Shown: positions 8,675 through 19,989, numbered from the stretch's first letter. The stretch: DNA of 32,000 bases from Raphidiopsis brookii D9 (GCA_000175855.1 ACYB01000020.1:90001-122000); one strand, 5' to 3'. Made by a program: numbers and translations. The notes: generated from the sequence alone by a model not told the origin.

Positions 8675-9406
8675 ATGTCATCTGCTTACCTTTTAGTATC
8701 CCACGGTAGTAAGGACTCTCGACCAAACTTAGCCACAGAAGAACTGGCAAGGTTATTGTTTGAGAAACTAACCGCTGGAGAAGATCCAGAAAAGCACCTA
8801 GTAGGTGTAGGCACTTTAGAATTCAATAGTCAGCCATTAAGTGGACAAATAAAGGACTTTGCCCAAAGGGCTGTGGTTTGTGATTGCAAGTCTATTAAAG
8901 TCATACCTTTGTTTCTCTTACCGGGAGTCCACCTGATGTCAGATCTTCCCATGGAGGTGAAACTGGCTCAAGATTCTCTGGGGAATGACCGCCCCATTAA
9001 AATTAAACCATATTTAGGTAGTCATGCCATGATGGGGAAATTATTGGCTCTGGGAATGGCTCAAATATCAGCAGAAGCATTCATTCTTTTAGCCCATGGT
9101 AGTAGGCGTGCAAATTCTCATCACCCCGTAGAAACGATTGCCAACCAGTTAGGTGCATTTAGTGCCTACTGGTCAGTTCCCCCCAGCTTGGAAGCTAGAG
9201 TCATAGACCTGGTGAGTGCTGGTTATCAACATGTTGGCATCTTACCATACTTTCTCTTTTCCGGAGGGATTACGGATGAGATTGCCATTATGGTGGAAAG
9301 GTTAACATTAAAATTTCCAGAAATCAAGTTAGAGTTGGCCTCACCTTTGGGAGTAACTTCCCAATTAGTTGATATAATCTGGGACTTAGCAACACAAGAG
9401 GAATAA
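8675..9406 (+). CDS. Sirohydrochlorin chelatase / CbiX-family protein
   Basis: LLVSHGSKDSRP and FILLAHGSRRANSHHPVE duplicated HGS motifs; adjacent to uroporphyrinogen-III methyltransferase. Confidence 0.87.
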   Translation: MSSAYLLVSHGSKDSRPNLATEELARLLFEKLTAGEDPEKHLVGVGTLEFNSQPLSGQIKDFAQRAVVCDCKSIKVIPLFLLPGVHLMSDLPMEVKLAQDSLGNDRPIKIKPYLGSHAMMGKLLALGMAQISAEAFILLAHGSRRANSHHPVETIANQLGAFSAYWSVPPSLEARVIDLVSAGYQHVGILPYFLFSGGITDEIAIMVERLTLKFPEIKLELASPLGVTSQLVDIIWDLATQEE

Positions 9407-9410
9407 ATTT

Positions 9411-10163
9411 TTGGGTAAGGTGTATTTAGTTGGTGCTGGACCTGGTGATCCAGGACTGATGACTCTCAAGGGTAAGGGTTTATTAGAACGTGCTAACGTG
9501 GTTGTCTATGATGCGTTAGTTAGTCCACAGGTTTTGGACATGATTAGTCCCCACGCGGAAAAAATAGATGCTGGTAAGCGAATGGGAAGACATTCACTCT
9601 TACAAGAGGAAACTACTCAACTACTGATAGAAAAAGCCCAAGAACATGAAATTGTCGTGCGATTGAAGGGAGGCGACCCTTTTATTTTTGGGCGTGGTGG
9701 CGAGGAAATGGCTGAGTTGATAGCTGGGGGAATTAGCGTAGAAGTTGTTCCAGGGATTACCGCTGGTATTGCAGCACCAGCTTATGCTGGCATTCCCTTG
9801 ACCCATCGTCTTTATAGTTCTTCTGTGACATTTGTTACTGGACATGAAGCCATGGGTAAGTACAGACCAGCGGTCAATTGGCAAGCAATTGCCCAAAGTT
9901 CGGAAACTATTGTAATTTATATGGGTATACACAATCTTCCCTATATCCTGGAACAGTTGATGGGGGTAGGAATGAGTTCACAAACTCCTATTGCTTTAGT
10001 TCGCTGGGGAACTCGTCCGGAACAGGAGGAATTAATCGGTGAGTTGGGAACTATTATTCAACAAGTGGCAAAAACGGGATTTAGCGCTCCAGCTATAGCT
10101 GTTATTGGCTCAGTAGTAAAAATGCACGGTGTTTTATCCGTTCTCCAGGGAGTTTTAAATTGA
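9411..10163 (+). CDS. cobA: Uroporphyrinogen-III C-methyltransferase
   Basis: GKVYLVGAGPGDPGLMTLKGKGLL, VVRLKGGDPFIFGRGGEE, VVPGITAGIAAPAYAGIPLTHR motifs; TTG start. Confidence 0.95.
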   Translation: MGKVYLVGAGPGDPGLMTLKGKGLLERANVVVYDALVSPQVLDMISPHAEKIDAGKRMGRHSLLQEETTQLLIEKAQEHEIVVRLKGGDPFIFGRGGEEMAELIAGGISVEVVPGITAGIAAPAYAGIPLTHRLYSSSVTFVTGHEAMGKYRPAVNWQAIAQSSETIVIYMGIHNLPYILEQLMGVGMSSQTPIALVRWGTRPEQEELIGELGTIIQQVAKTGFSAPAIAVIGSVVKMHGVLSVLQGVLN

Positions 10164-10200
10164 CCGGGTTCTAGAAGGACTAAAAACTTGCAAACAGCTA

Positions 10201-11172
10201 TTGGTAGAGTTATTGGCAATTTTCACTAAATATACTAAATTATTGTGGATTGTGGTTAAAATTCATCTTTCTATTACCCAAAAAACCCAACGATTAGACC
10301 GTTATTTGTCATCTGTAATACCAGACCTATCTCGTTCTCGAATCCAAGACCTAATTGAACAAGGTTATGTTCAGGTAAATGGAAAAGTCTGTTACTCCAA
10401 GAACATTACCTTGGATGGGGGAGAGTATCTGGAAGTAGAAGTTCCCCCAGTACAAGCTGCTCAACTAGTAGCACAAGATATTCCCCTAGATATTCTCTAC
10501 GAAGATGAACAATTACTAATTCTCAATAAACCCGCAGGTTTAGTGGTTCATCCAGCACCTGGTCATTTAGAAGGTACGTTGGTTCATGCTCTGTTGGCTC
10601 ACTGTCCCAATTTACCAGGAATTGGAGGTGTGCAGCGTCCAGGTATTGTACATAGGCTTGACAAAGATACCACAGGGGCAATTGCCATTGCAAAAACAGA
10701 CATTGCTTACAAACAATTACAATTACAATTACAATCTAAGACGGCAAGAAGGGAATATTTAGGAGTAGTTTATGGTGCGCCTAAAAGTGAAAGTGGGACA
10801 ATGGACCTACCCATTGGTCGTCACCCTCAGCAGCGGAAAAAAATGGCCATAGTTCCAGTAGAGCAGGGAGGTAGAAATGCAATTACTAACTGGTACATTA
10901 AAGAAAGATTAGGTAATTATACACTAATTCATTTTCAACTAGAAACTGGGCGTACCCATCAAATTAGAGTGCATAGTGCCAAAATGGGTCATCCTATAGT
11001 CGGGGATCCGGTATATAGTTCTGGTCGTTCCGTGGGGGTAAACTTGCCAGGACAAGCGTTGCATGCTTGGCAACTGAAACTACAACATCCCACTTCTGGA
11101 AAATGGGTAGAAGTGACCGCTCCACTTCCTGATAGCTTGACAAAATTAATCGAGGTTTTACGTCGACGCTGA
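10201..11172 (+). CDS. RluD/RluA-family 23S rRNA pseudouridine synthase
   Basis: S4 domain (RLDRYLSSVIPDLSRSRIQDLI) plus GIVHRLDKDTTGAIAIAKT catalytic motif. The true start may be downstream of the annotated TTG. Confidence 0.9.
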   Translation: MVELLAIFTKYTKLLWIVVKIHLSITQKTQRLDRYLSSVIPDLSRSRIQDLIEQGYVQVNGKVCYSKNITLDGGEYLEVEVPPVQAAQLVAQDIPLDILYEDEQLLILNKPAGLVVHPAPGHLEGTLVHALLAHCPNLPGIGGVQRPGIVHRLDKDTTGAIAIAKTDIAYKQLQLQLQSKTARREYLGVVYGAPKSESGTMDLPIGRHPQQRKKMAIVPVEQGGRNAITNWYIKERLGNYTLIHFQLETGRTHQIRVHSAKMGHPIVGDPVYSSGRSVGVNLPGQALHAWQLKLQHPTSGKWVEVTAPLPDSLTKLIEVLRRR

Positions 11173-11747
11173 AAGATTGGCTAAAGATGAAGGAATATGG
11201 CGAAATATCTCGAAATGTAAAATTTATAATGTCTAGTTCACATTAGTTAATAATGATCACCCTATCCAGGCAAGCCAGGAACATCAATCCAGTTCAGTCT
11301 TGGTAGATTTTTGCAGAATTCTTAAATTATTATGAAGAGGACAGAGTTTGTCAAACTCTGGAAACTTCATGAAGTTGTGTAACAAACTCGAGAAACTTTT
11401 AGGGTATCTAAGACTTGTAGATAAAGGATTTCAGAGGTTTTCTCTCTCCTGACTCATTTTATTCATAAATTGTAACAAATAAAGTATCTATGGCATTGTA
11501 TAAACTAATCAGAAAGGGGTTCAAAACCAGAGCAAAGTTAAATAAGACAACCAATCGGGTTGAGTTAGCTGGCTTCTCATAAAATTCCCTGTGGTTCTCA
11601 GAATTTCAGTCTAGAGCTAGATGAAACACCAAGACACAGGAGATAGAGAGTAAGGTTAGCACTAATGAGCTTAAAGTTTTTGATCATTCATCCCCGGTTG
11701 TTCTGATCAGCCCATCTCTCAACTAAGTAATTAGGAGATTAGAGTCC

Positions 11748-12269
11748 ATGACATTAGATGTATTTTCCAAGGTTGTTTCCCAAGCTGACGCCAGAGGCGA
11801 ATTTTTGAGCACTGAACAGTTAGACGCTTTGACAGCAGTTGTAGCTTCCGGCAGCAAACGTCTAGACACTGTTAACCGTATTACAAGCAATGCTTCTGCT
11901 ATCGTTACCGATGCTGCTCGTGCACTGTTTGAAGAACAGCCCCAACTAATTGCTCCTGGTGGTAATGCTTACACCAACCGTCGCATGGCTGCTTGTCTGC
12001 GAGATATGGAAATCATCTTACGCTATGTTACCTACGCTGCATTAGCTGGTGACGCTAGTGTTCTCGATGACCGTTGCTTGAATGGCTTACGCGAAACCTA
12101 TATAGCTTTGGGTACTCCTGGTGCATCCGTAGCTGTTGGTGTTGGCAAAATGAAAGAAGCTGCAATCAAGATAGTTAACGATCCCAATGGTATTACCAAG
12201 GGTGATTGCAGTCAGATAGTTTCTGAATTGGCTGGCTACTTTGATCGTGCAGCAGCAGCTGTTGCATAG
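11748..12269 (+). CDS. cpcB: C-phycocyanin beta subunit
   Basis: [21 protein letters not shown]...[20 protein letters not shown]...[20 protein letters not shown]. Confidence 0.97.
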   Translation: MTLDVFSKVVSQADARGEFLSTEQLDALTAVVASGSKRLDTVNRITSNASAIVTDAARALFEEQPQLIAPGGNAYTNRRMAACLRDMEIILRYVTYAALAGDASVLDDRCLNGLRETYIALGTPGASVAVGVGKMKEAAIKIVNDPNGITKGDCSQIVSELAGYFDRAAAAVA

Positions 12270-12382
12270 TCCATTACCTATTCAGTCAACTAGTCAACTA
12301 CAAGTAGTTCAGAAGCTAGAAATCCTAGTTCTGCTTTATTACTCCCAATAAGATACGAAACCAATCAAGGAGAAAATTAACC

Positions 12383-12871
12383 ATGAAAACCCCCATTACC
12401 GAAGCTATTGCAGCTGCTGATACCCAAGGACGCTTTTTGAGCAATACTGAATTACAAGCAGTTAACGGTCGTTTTGTACGTGCTGCTGCCAGCATGGAAG
12501 CCGCCCGTGGTTTAACAGCTAATGCTCAAAAATTAATTGATGGTGCTACTAACGCCGTATACCAAAAGTTCCCCTACACCACTTCCACCCCCGGCGCTCA
12601 GTATGCTGCTGATGCTCGTGGTAAATCCAAGTGCGCTCGTGACGTTGGTCACTACCTCCGCATTGTTACTTATAGCTTAGTTGCTGGTGGCACAGGTCCC
12701 TTGGATGAGTTCCTGATTGCTGGTTTGGCTGAAATTAACGGTGCTTTTAACCTATCTCCCAGCTGGTATGTGGAAGCTTTAAAATATATCAAAGCTAACC
12801 ATGGATTGGGTGGTCAAGCTGCTAATGAAGCTAATACCTACATTGACTACGCTATCAACGCTCTAAGCTAG
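12383..12871 (+). CDS. cpcA: C-phycocyanin alpha subunit
   Basis: [20 protein letters not shown]...[29 protein letters not shown]. Confidence 0.97.
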   Translation: MKTPITEAIAAADTQGRFLSNTELQAVNGRFVRAAASMEAARGLTANAQKLIDGATNAVYQKFPYTTSTPGAQYAADARGKSKCARDVGHYLRIVTYSLVAGGTGPLDEFLIAGLAEINGAFNLSPSWYVEALKYIKANHGLGGQAANEANTYIDYAINALS

Positions 12872-12951
12872 ATAGATCCTTGCCCGGAGAGGGGTACAAG
12901 TGCTGGATGAGAAGATCCCTTTGGGGTTTATTCAGTTGTGCGTAGGGAAGT

Positions 12952-12994
12952 GAGATTCCTGCGGGTAGACTGAATCACCTAGCAGTTGAATCTC
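12952..12994 (+). promoter_or_regulatory. Inverted repeat in the cpcA-cpcC intergenic region (possible processing/attenuation hairpin)
   Basis: GAGATTC (12952-12958) is complementary to GAATCTC (12988-12994), between cpcA and the cpcC start at 13042. Confidence 0.35.
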
Positions 12995-13041
12995 GCTCCG
13001 GGCATAGCTTTATGTGTAGATGTGTAACCAAGGGGAAAACA

Positions 13042-13902
13042 ATGGCAATTACAACAGCAGCGTCTAGACTGGGAACAGAACCATTTAGTGAAGCGCGTCG
13101 GGTTGAGCTGCGCCCCAGTGCCAGTCGCGAAGAGGTGGAATTGGTTATTAGAACGGCCTATCGGCAAGTATTAGGCAATGACTATATACTGGCATCAGAT
13201 AGACTTGTCAGTGCGGAGTCGCTTTTGCGTGATGGCAATTTGACCGTTCGTGAGTTTGTAAGAGCGATCGCTAAATCTGAACTTTACAAAGTCAAGTTCT
13301 TCTATAACAGTTTTCAGACCAGACTGATAGAGCTGAACTATAAACATCTGTTGGGTAGAGCTCCATTGGATGAGTCAGAAGTGGTATACCACTTAGACTT
13401 GTATAACAACAAGGGATACGATGCAGAAATCGACTCTTACATAGATTCAGTGGAGTATCAAAACAACTTTGGAGAAAATATAGTTCCCTACTATAGGGGG
13501 TTTGACTTTCAACCAGGGCAAACCAGTGTGGGATTTACACGGATGTTTCGATTATACCGTGGATATGCCAACAGCGACACAGCCCAGGTAGAGGGGAGCA
13601 AATCCAGATTAGCCAGGGAACTTGCTGGTAAGAAAGCATCTTCCATAGTTGGTCCATCAGGGAGTAATGACAACTGGTCATTCCGTCCATCAGCAGACAA
13701 TGCTCCCAAACAGAATTTGGGTAATGCTGTGGGCCAATCTGATCGCGTTTACCGAATTGAAGTAGCAGGCATTCGCAGTCCAGGATACCCCAGCGTGCGC
13801 CGCAGCAGCACAGCCTTTATAGTACCTTACGAGCGTCTTTCTGACAAGATCCAGCAAATTCACAAACAAGGTGGAAAAATTGTCAGTATTACAGCCACGT
13901 AA
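13042..13902 (+). CDS. cpcC: Phycocyanin-associated rod linker polypeptide
   Basis: [49 protein letters not shown] + C-terminal CpcD-like domain. Track start 13012 is upstream; ATG 13042 follows an AGGGG-like RBS. Confidence 0.94.
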   Translation: MAITTAASRLGTEPFSEARRVELRPSASREEVELVIRTAYRQVLGNDYILASDRLVSAESLLRDGNLTVREFVRAIAKSELYKVKFFYNSFQTRLIELNYKHLLGRAPLDESEVVYHLDLYNNKGYDAEIDSYIDSVEYQNNFGENIVPYYRGFDFQPGQTSVGFTRMFRLYRGYANSDTAQVEGSKSRLARELAGKKASSIVGPSGSNDNWSFRPSADNAPKQNLGNAVGQSDRVYRIEVAGIRSPGYPSVRRSSTAFIVPYERLSDKIQQIHKQGGKIVSITAT

Positions 13903-13945
13903 GATAAGTAGTTGATATTACCCATCAAGAGGAGATAGAGAGGTA

Positions 13946-14188
13946 ATGTTTGGTCAGACAACACTAGGTGCTAGTAGCGTTTCTTCATCTGCAAGTCGTG
14001 TATTTCGTTACGAAGTTGTAGGGTTGAAACAAAACCAAGAAACGGACAAGAACAAATTCAGTATCAGACGCAGTGGTAGTGTGTTTATTACCGTGCCCTA
14101 CAGTCGGATGACAGAGGAAATGCAGCGGATCAACCGACTGGGTGGCAAAATCGTCAAAATTGAAGCCCTGACAGCAGCAGAATCCTAA
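13946..14188 (+). CDS. cpcD: Small rod-capping linker polypeptide
   Basis: MFGQTTLGASSVSSSASRVFRYEVVGLKQ...IRRSGSVFITVPYSRMTEEMQRINRLGGKIVKI. Confidence 0.94.
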   Translation: MFGQTTLGASSVSSSASRVFRYEVVGLKQNQETDKNKFSIRRSGSVFITVPYSRMTEEMQRINRLGGKIVKIEALTAAES

Positions 14189-14195
14189 AGTCCTG

Positions 14196-15023
14196 GTGAT
14201 GATAGAACCCAGTATATCCGAAGTATCTCCGGAAAGTGGGGCACAGTTGACACCAGATCAAGCCATAGCTAATCTGCAATCATCGGATTTAAGTCTCCGC
14301 TATTATGCCGCCTGGTGGTTGGGTAAGTTCCGTATTAATCGGACAGAAGCTGTAGAGGCGCTAATCGAAGCCTTAACAGATGAAGCTGATAGAACGGAGT
14401 TGGGGGGGTATCCACTCCGACGCAATGCAGCCAGATCCCTAGGCAAATTAGGGAGTTCCCAGGCCATAGAGGGATTGATTAGTTCCTTAAACTGTGAAGA
14501 CTTTTATGTGCGAGAAGCAGCAGCTGAGTCCTTAGCCATGCTTAACGCCAAAACCGCAGTACCAGAACTGATAAAAATGCTAGATGGGGGTTTGGCCCAA
14601 GCTGTGCAAGTGCCAGGTCGTCCCCATCTAGTTCAACCTTATGAAGCAGTATTAGAGGCTTTAGGTTCTCTTGGTGCGACTGAGGCCATTAGTCTAGTTG
14701 AACCCTTTTTAGAGCATTCCGTTCCCCGGGTAAAATGTGCCGCTGCTAGGGCCATGTATCAACTCACCCAAGATTCCCAATATGGGGAATACCTGGTGGA
14801 AATGCTAGGAAGCAGCGACCTGAAATTGCAAAGGGTGATTTTGGGTGATTTGGGGGCAATTGGCTATATGGGTGCTGCAGAGGCAATTTTCCAAGCCAAG
14901 GCGGAAAATAGCTTTAAACTCATGGCATTGAAGGGATTGTTGGAACATCATTTAAAAGATGTGTCACAAAGTATTTCTGAGTCAGCAATTCTAGTCATGA
15001 ATCTTATGGACTCGCTTTTATAA
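14196..15023 (+). CDS. cpcE: Phycocyanobilin lyase subunit CpcE (HEAT repeat)
   Basis: HEAT-repeat protein in the canonical cpc operon position. Confidence 0.92.
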   Translation: MMIEPSISEVSPESGAQLTPDQAIANLQSSDLSLRYYAAWWLGKFRINRTEAVEALIEALTDEADRTELGGYPLRRNAARSLGKLGSSQAIEGLISSLNCEDFYVREAAAESLAMLNAKTAVPELIKMLDGGLAQAVQVPGRPHLVQPYEAVLEALGSLGATEAISLVEPFLEHSVPRVKCAAARAMYQLTQDSQYGEYLVEMLGSSDLKLQRVILGDLGAIGYMGAAEAIFQAKAENSFKLMALKGLLEHHLKDVSQSISESAILVMNLMDSLL

Positions 15024-15673
15024 TGACCCAGGAATTAATTGGTGAATTGGGTGGGATGGGTCAATTAAATCAGTTAATTGACGCAGTTAATCAGGCTCAA
15101 ACGCCACTTGAAATGGTAACAGCAGTCAAAAACCTAGCTGCTGCCAAAAGTCCCGCTGCTATTGCCACCCTAATTGCCGTCTTTGGCTATAATAACCCAC
15201 CAGCAGCAGGACTAGCCCTAGCCGCACTTACCGACTTAGGAACAGTAGCAGTTCCCAGCCTGCTCGCACAAATAGATGATTATAACTATGGCGCACGGGC
15301 TTATTCGATTCGCACTCTAGCAGCGATCGCAGATCCCCGTGCTTTAGACGTATTGATCACTGCTGGGGTGACAGATTTTGCACCCAGTGTACGTCGTGCT
15401 GCGGCTAAAGGGCTAGGAAACTTAAACTGGTCCCAATTGGGGGATAATGAACGTGATTTAGGTATAGAACGAGCTTTGGAGGCACTATTGTTAATTTACC
15501 AGGATACAGACTGGTCAATTCGGTATGCAGCCATTGTAGGACTGGAATACCTAGGAAAAACCAGGAGGGAGACAGTTTTGAACAAATTCCGAGAAATGAT
15601 AGCTAATGAGGAAGAAAAAAGCATCAGGATCCGGATTCAATTGGCGACCAGTAAGGTAACTAGAGATAATTAA
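15023..15673 (+). CDS. cpcF: Phycocyanobilin lyase subunit CpcF (HEAT repeat)
   Basis: HEAT-repeat ORF whose start overlaps the CpcE stop; canonical order. Confidence 0.92.
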   Translation: MTQELIGELGGMGQLNQLIDAVNQAQTPLEMVTAVKNLAAAKSPAAIATLIAVFGYNNPPAAGLALAALTDLGTVAVPSLLAQIDDYNYGARAYSIRTLAAIADPRALDVLITAGVTDFAPSVRRAAAKGLGNLNWSQLGDNERDLGIERALEALLLIYQDTDWSIRYAAIVGLEYLGKTRRETVLNKFREMIANEEEKSIRIRIQLATSKVTRDN

Positions 15674-15695
15674 GGACGATTAAAAAGGTAAAAAG

Positions 15696-16535
15696 ATGTC
15701 AATACCATTGTTAGAATACTCACCTTCGTCACAAAATCAGCGTGTAGAAGGGTATGAAGTTGCAAATGAAGACACGCCCATAGTCTATAAGCTAAATTAT
15801 GCCACATCAGATCAAGAAATTGATGAGATTATTTGGGCATCATACAGACAAATTTTCAGCGAGCATCTGATTTTAACCAGCTATCGGCAAAAGTTTTTAG
15901 AATCTCAACTACGGAATCGGGCAATTAATGTTAGAGACTTCATTAGAGGTTTAGGAAAATCCGAAGTTTTTCGTACTCAAATAGCAGAAGTTAACTCTAA
16001 CTATCGGTTAGTAGATATTATTCTGCAGAGATTTTTAGGTAGAAAAGCCTACAATAGGGAAGAAGAGATAGCCTGGTCCATAGTAATTGGTACCAAAGGT
16101 GTACATGGATTTATTGATGCCCTATTAGAGTCTGAAGAGTACATAAACAACTTTGGTGATGACATAGTACCCTATCAACGGAGAAGATTTGGGTCACGTC
16201 CCTTCAACCTAGTGAATCCTCGCTATAGCTCCTATTGGCGAGATGCCCAAAGTATGCGTGTCCTAGATTATCGTTCCTTCTACAGTGCTCGCACTTATGG
16301 TACTGCTACCTCCGAGGATATTCGGAAAGCGATTCCAGCTAACTTCTTTGCCATGGCGGGAAAAATCATTACTCCCGAGCGTAATTACCAAAGAACAATT
16401 GCTTCGGTTACTACCCAAATTGGATCCCTGGAAATTCCGGATACATCTAGGGAAGTTTCCACCTCGGAGGTGACTATTAAACCAGTAGCAGTGTCTCTAC
16501 CCTACAGCTATATCCCACCCATCTCCAAAAATTAG
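15696..16535 (+). CDS. cpcG: Phycobilisome rod-core linker, CpcG copy 1
   Basis: [28 protein letters not shown]...[40 protein letters not shown]. Confidence 0.93.
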   Translation: MSIPLLEYSPSSQNQRVEGYEVANEDTPIVYKLNYATSDQEIDEIIWASYRQIFSEHLILTSYRQKFLESQLRNRAINVRDFIRGLGKSEVFRTQIAEVNSNYRLVDIILQRFLGRKAYNREEEIAWSIVIGTKGVHGFIDALLESEEYINNFGDDIVPYQRRRFGSRPFNLVNPRYSSYWRDAQSMRVLDYRSFYSARTYGTATSEDIRKAIPANFFAMAGKIITPERNYQRTIASVTTQIGSLEIPDTSREVSTSEVTIKPVAVSLPYSYIPPISKN

Positions 16536-16573
16536 TCATTAGTTAACCAACATCTGAAAAACAACCCCCTAAT

Positions 16574-17317
16574 ATGGCCATACCCCTACTTGAATACAAA
16601 CCCAGTTCTCAAAATCAAAGAGTACCTGGTTACGAAGTACCTAATGAAGACACCCCCAGAATTTACCGCATAGAAGATTATGCTTTTACTGGCGAAGTGG
16701 AAGAGTTAATTTGGGCAGCTTATAGACAATTGTTTAGCGAACATGTAATTCTCAAATTCTACCGTCAAGGCAATTTAGAATCCCAGTTAAAAAACAAAGC
16801 CATCACCGTGCGGGACTTCGTTCGAGGTTTGGCCAAATCCCAAGCTTTTGACGATTTAGTCATTAAGACCAATTCCAATTATCGGTTGGTAGAAATTGCA
16901 CTGAAACGGTTATTAGGTCGTGCTCCCTATAACAAGGAGGAAGAAATCGCTTGGTCGATTAAAATTGCCACCAATGGTTGGGATGGTTTTGTAGATGCTC
17001 TGGTAGATTCAGAGGAATATCAAAACAGTTTCGGTGAAAACATTATTCCTTACCAAAGACGGCGCTACAAAGATAGACCCTTTAATTTAGTCACACCTCG
17101 TTACGCCAACTACTGGCGTGATAAAATAGAAGCAGGACGTTACAAGCCTGGTAGCATTAGTGACTTTATGAAAATGGCTGCTTCGGTGAGTATCAGAACT
17201 GTCACCTATACACCTGTGAACACAGCTAACATCGCAATTCCTAAGACTACTAGGGAAACAGTACCTACAGGTATACCTGTGTCTATTAGCCCCAGTGCTA
17301 ACTTCCCCGTCAAATAA
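16574..17317 (+). CDS. cpcG: Phycobilisome rod-core linker, CpcG copy 2
   Basis: [39 protein letters not shown]... Confidence 0.93.
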   Translation: MAIPLLEYKPSSQNQRVPGYEVPNEDTPRIYRIEDYAFTGEVEELIWAAYRQLFSEHVILKFYRQGNLESQLKNKAITVRDFVRGLAKSQAFDDLVIKTNSNYRLVEIALKRLLGRAPYNKEEEIAWSIKIATNGWDGFVDALVDSEEYQNSFGENIIPYQRRRYKDRPFNLVTPRYANYWRDKIEAGRYKPGSISDFMKMAASVSIRTVTYTPVNTANIAIPKTTRETVPTGIPVSISPSANFPVK

Positions 17318-17386
17318 ATCCCCTAGGTGTGTAACCTAATGGGGGAAAATAATTAAAGTCAAATTTATCAATCAGAGGAATACAGC

Positions 17387-18148
17387 ATGGCACTGCCATT
17401 ACTTCAATACAAACCTACTACTCAAAACCACCGTGTTAGCAGTTTCGGTGTTGCTGATCAAAATGAGGATACACCTTACATCTACCGCTTGGAAGATGTT
17501 AGTTCTTATACTGACATTCAATCTATTATCTGGGCATCCTATCGCCAGATTTTCAGCGAGCACGAGATTTTAAAATTTAACCGCCAAATCACCTTAGAAT
17601 CTCAGCTCAAGACGGGTTCTTTGTCCGTTAGGGATTTTATTCGTGGGTTAGCTAAGTCTGAAGCTTTTTATCGTCTGGTTGTTTCTGTTAATAATAACTA
17701 TCGTTTAGTAGATATTACTCTCAGACGCCTACTAGGTCGTTCTGCTTACAACAAAGAAGAGGAGATAGCTTGGTCAATTGTCATTGGTACCAAGGGATTT
17801 GGTGGTTTTGTTGATGCTTTAGTTGATAGTGAAGAATATACTTCGAGTTTTGGTGACAATACGGTACCTTACCAGCGTAAACGGATGGAAGGTCGTCCCT
17901 ATAATTTAGTCACACCCCGTTATGGTGAGGACTTCCAAGAAACTGCGGGCACGGTCAGAACAGATTGGCGCTTTGTTTTGGCAAATTTCTACACCGAGAA
18001 AGCCAAATTAAAACGTCTCAAAGAAGGCGATCCAGGCAGATTTGCAGCTATGGCGGCTTCTGTGTCTCGTAAGGGCAATTATGCTCAAAGAATCTCTTCT
18101 TTTGATATTGATTATTTGAGTGCTGTTCCCTATCGCGGTAGACGCTAA
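17387..18148 (+). CDS. cpcG: Phycobilisome rod-core linker, CpcG copy 3
   Basis: [43 protein letters not shown]... Confidence 0.93.
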   Translation: MALPLLQYKPTTQNHRVSSFGVADQNEDTPYIYRLEDVSSYTDIQSIIWASYRQIFSEHEILKFNRQITLESQLKTGSLSVRDFIRGLAKSEAFYRLVVSVNNNYRLVDITLRRLLGRSAYNKEEEIAWSIVIGTKGFGGFVDALVDSEEYTSSFGDNTVPYQRKRMEGRPYNLVTPRYGEDFQETAGTVRTDWRFVLANFYTEKAKLKRLKEGDPGRFAAMAASVSRKGNYAQRISSFDIDYLSAVPYRGRR

Positions 18149-18270
18149 TATCAGCTGGTTGTCTCTGGGGGTGGGTTTTTACCGTGATAAAACATTGGCG
18201 ATTTGTTCGTGAATTAGTTATGATGTTTGGTAAATACCACCCCTATTATTAAATGTTTTTAAATAAACTT

Positions 18271-19099
18271 TTACGGTGTTCGTTTCAGAGAACTTTCATG
18301 CCATTTTCCTAAAAGTAAATTTGAGAAGGCGGTCAAAATCAAAAATATCAAAATTCCTAGCGCACTAATCATTATTAAAGCCGCAAACATACGAGGAATT
18401 TGTAAATTATAACTAGCCATGAGCATTTGATAAGCTAATCCCGAATTAGTACCTCCACTTCCAGCAACAAATTCCGCAACTACAGCACCAATTAATGATA
18501 ACCCACCGCTAATCCGCAAGGCAGATAAAAAATAGGGTAGTGCACTGGGTAATCTTAAATAAACCATAGTTTGCCAGGGATTCGCTTTATAGAGACGAAA
18601 TAGATCCCGCAAGTTTGGATCAATGCTATTCAGTCCAAAAGTGGTATTAGAAATGATGGGAAAAAAGGCCACAATCCAAGCACAAAGTACCAAAGCAGCA
18701 AAGGTATTATTTCTCAGCCAAATAATAATTAAAGGCGCGATCGCCGCTATTGGCATTGTTTGCAGAATTACCGCATAGGGATATAAGCTTTTTTCAATCC
18801 ATTTGCTCTGAGCCATAATCATAGAAATTAATAACCCTAAAACTGCTGCATAAAAAAAAGCCACGACGGTAATTTTTATGGTAATCAGCAAAGCGGGAAA
18901 TAAAATAAACCAGTCACTAATTAAGGTTTGTATAATTCGACTGGGAGAGGGTAGAAGATAGGGAGGTATACCAGTAATTTTTACCAAAATCCCAGGTAAA
19001 TATGGCGAAAATTCCTACTCCAATTGGGGCGATAATATCTGGAGATAGTAAATTTTTAATTTGGAGTTTTTCAGAGAATAATTTTTTCAACCAACTCAT
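18271..19099 (-). pseudogene. ABC transporter permease (SsuC/TauC/ThiX-like), split by a frameshift at ~18986-18990
   Basis: ORF 18917..19099 gives MSWLKKLF...SPDIIAPIGVGIFAIFTWD; the neighbouring frame (18271..18987) continues LVKITGIPPYLLPSPSRIIQTL.... Removing one base from the 4-nt homopolymer joins them. Confidence 0.75.
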
Positions 19100-19143
19100 A
19101 TAATTCTTTCTTCAGTTGTTTTAAATAAACACGAAATCTGCTC

Positions 19144-19914
19144 TTAACCCATGATTCCGGAGGATAATTCATGGGCTACTTGCTGACAATATTGGGAATA
19201 GACAAGGGAAGTACGAAATTCTTCCGAACGGGGATAGGGTTGGTCGATCACAATATCCGCCACTACTCGACCGGGACGAGGTGCCATGACCACCACCCGA
19301 TTGGATAAATAAACTGCTTCATAAATATTGTGAGTGACAAAAATAATTGTCCAACTTTGTTGACTCCATAAATTAAGTAACTCCACATTTAATTGAGTGC
19401 GGGTAATATCATCTAAAGACCCAAAAGGTTCATCCATAAGTAATACCATGGGAGAGGTGACTAAAGTTCTGGCGATCGATACCCGCATTTTCATCCCTCC
19501 AGAAAGCTGACGGGGATAAGATTGAGCAAACTTTTCTAACCCAACCAATTGTAGGGATTTGTTAATTGCCAGATCCGCCATATTTTTCGGGATTCTAGCT
19601 AATTTTAAGGGTAAACGAACGTTTTCCTGTACTGTAGCCCAGGGCATCAATGCCGGTTCTTGGAAGACAAAAGAGAGATTTTTTTGAGCAGTGAGATTGT
19701 GCCATTGAACTGTTCCTGAATTGTGATTAGTCAGTCCGGCAATAATCCTAAGTAAGGTACTTTTCCCACAGCCGGAAGGCCCTACCAAACTAACAAATTC
19801 ACCAGCATTAATCGTCAAATTTAAGTTAGTCAGAGCAAGGATATCATTGTCAAAAAACTTATTTATCTGACTTAAGGTAATCAAAGGTTGAGAATTCATC
19901 AGTGATTTTTTCAT
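19144..19914 (-). CDS. ABC transporter ATP-binding protein (SsuB/TauB/ThiZ-like)
   Basis: Walker A VGPSGCGKST, signature LSGGMKMRVSIAR, Walker B VLLMDEPFGSLD. Confidence 0.92.
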   Translation of the reverse strand: MKKSLMNSQPLITLSQINKFFDNDILALTNLNLTINAGEFVSLVGPSGCGKSTLLRIIAGLTNHNSGTVQWHNLTAQKNLSFVFQEPALMPWATVQENVRLPLKLARIPKNMADLAINKSLQLVGLEKFAQSYPRQLSGGMKMRVSIARTLVTSPMVLLMDEPFGSLDDITRTQLNVELLNLWSQQSWTIIFVTHNIYEAVYLSNRVVVMAPRPGRVVADIVIDQPYPRSEEFRTSLVYSQYCQQVAHELSSGIMG

Positions 19915-19989
19915 TCTATCTATTTGTTGACTCTCCCCACGCCTAAAGGGGATGCTCTGGTATATAATGGCTACATTAATTATATTAAG

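Noticed and set aside
9621-9932. Minus-strand ORF inside cobA
   Set aside because: Antisense shadow of a confidently assigned CDS.
13509-13709. Minus-strand ORF inside cpcC, and similar short ORFs at 12979..13167 and 16285..16473
   Set aside because: Shadow ORFs within or overlapping cpc operon genes.
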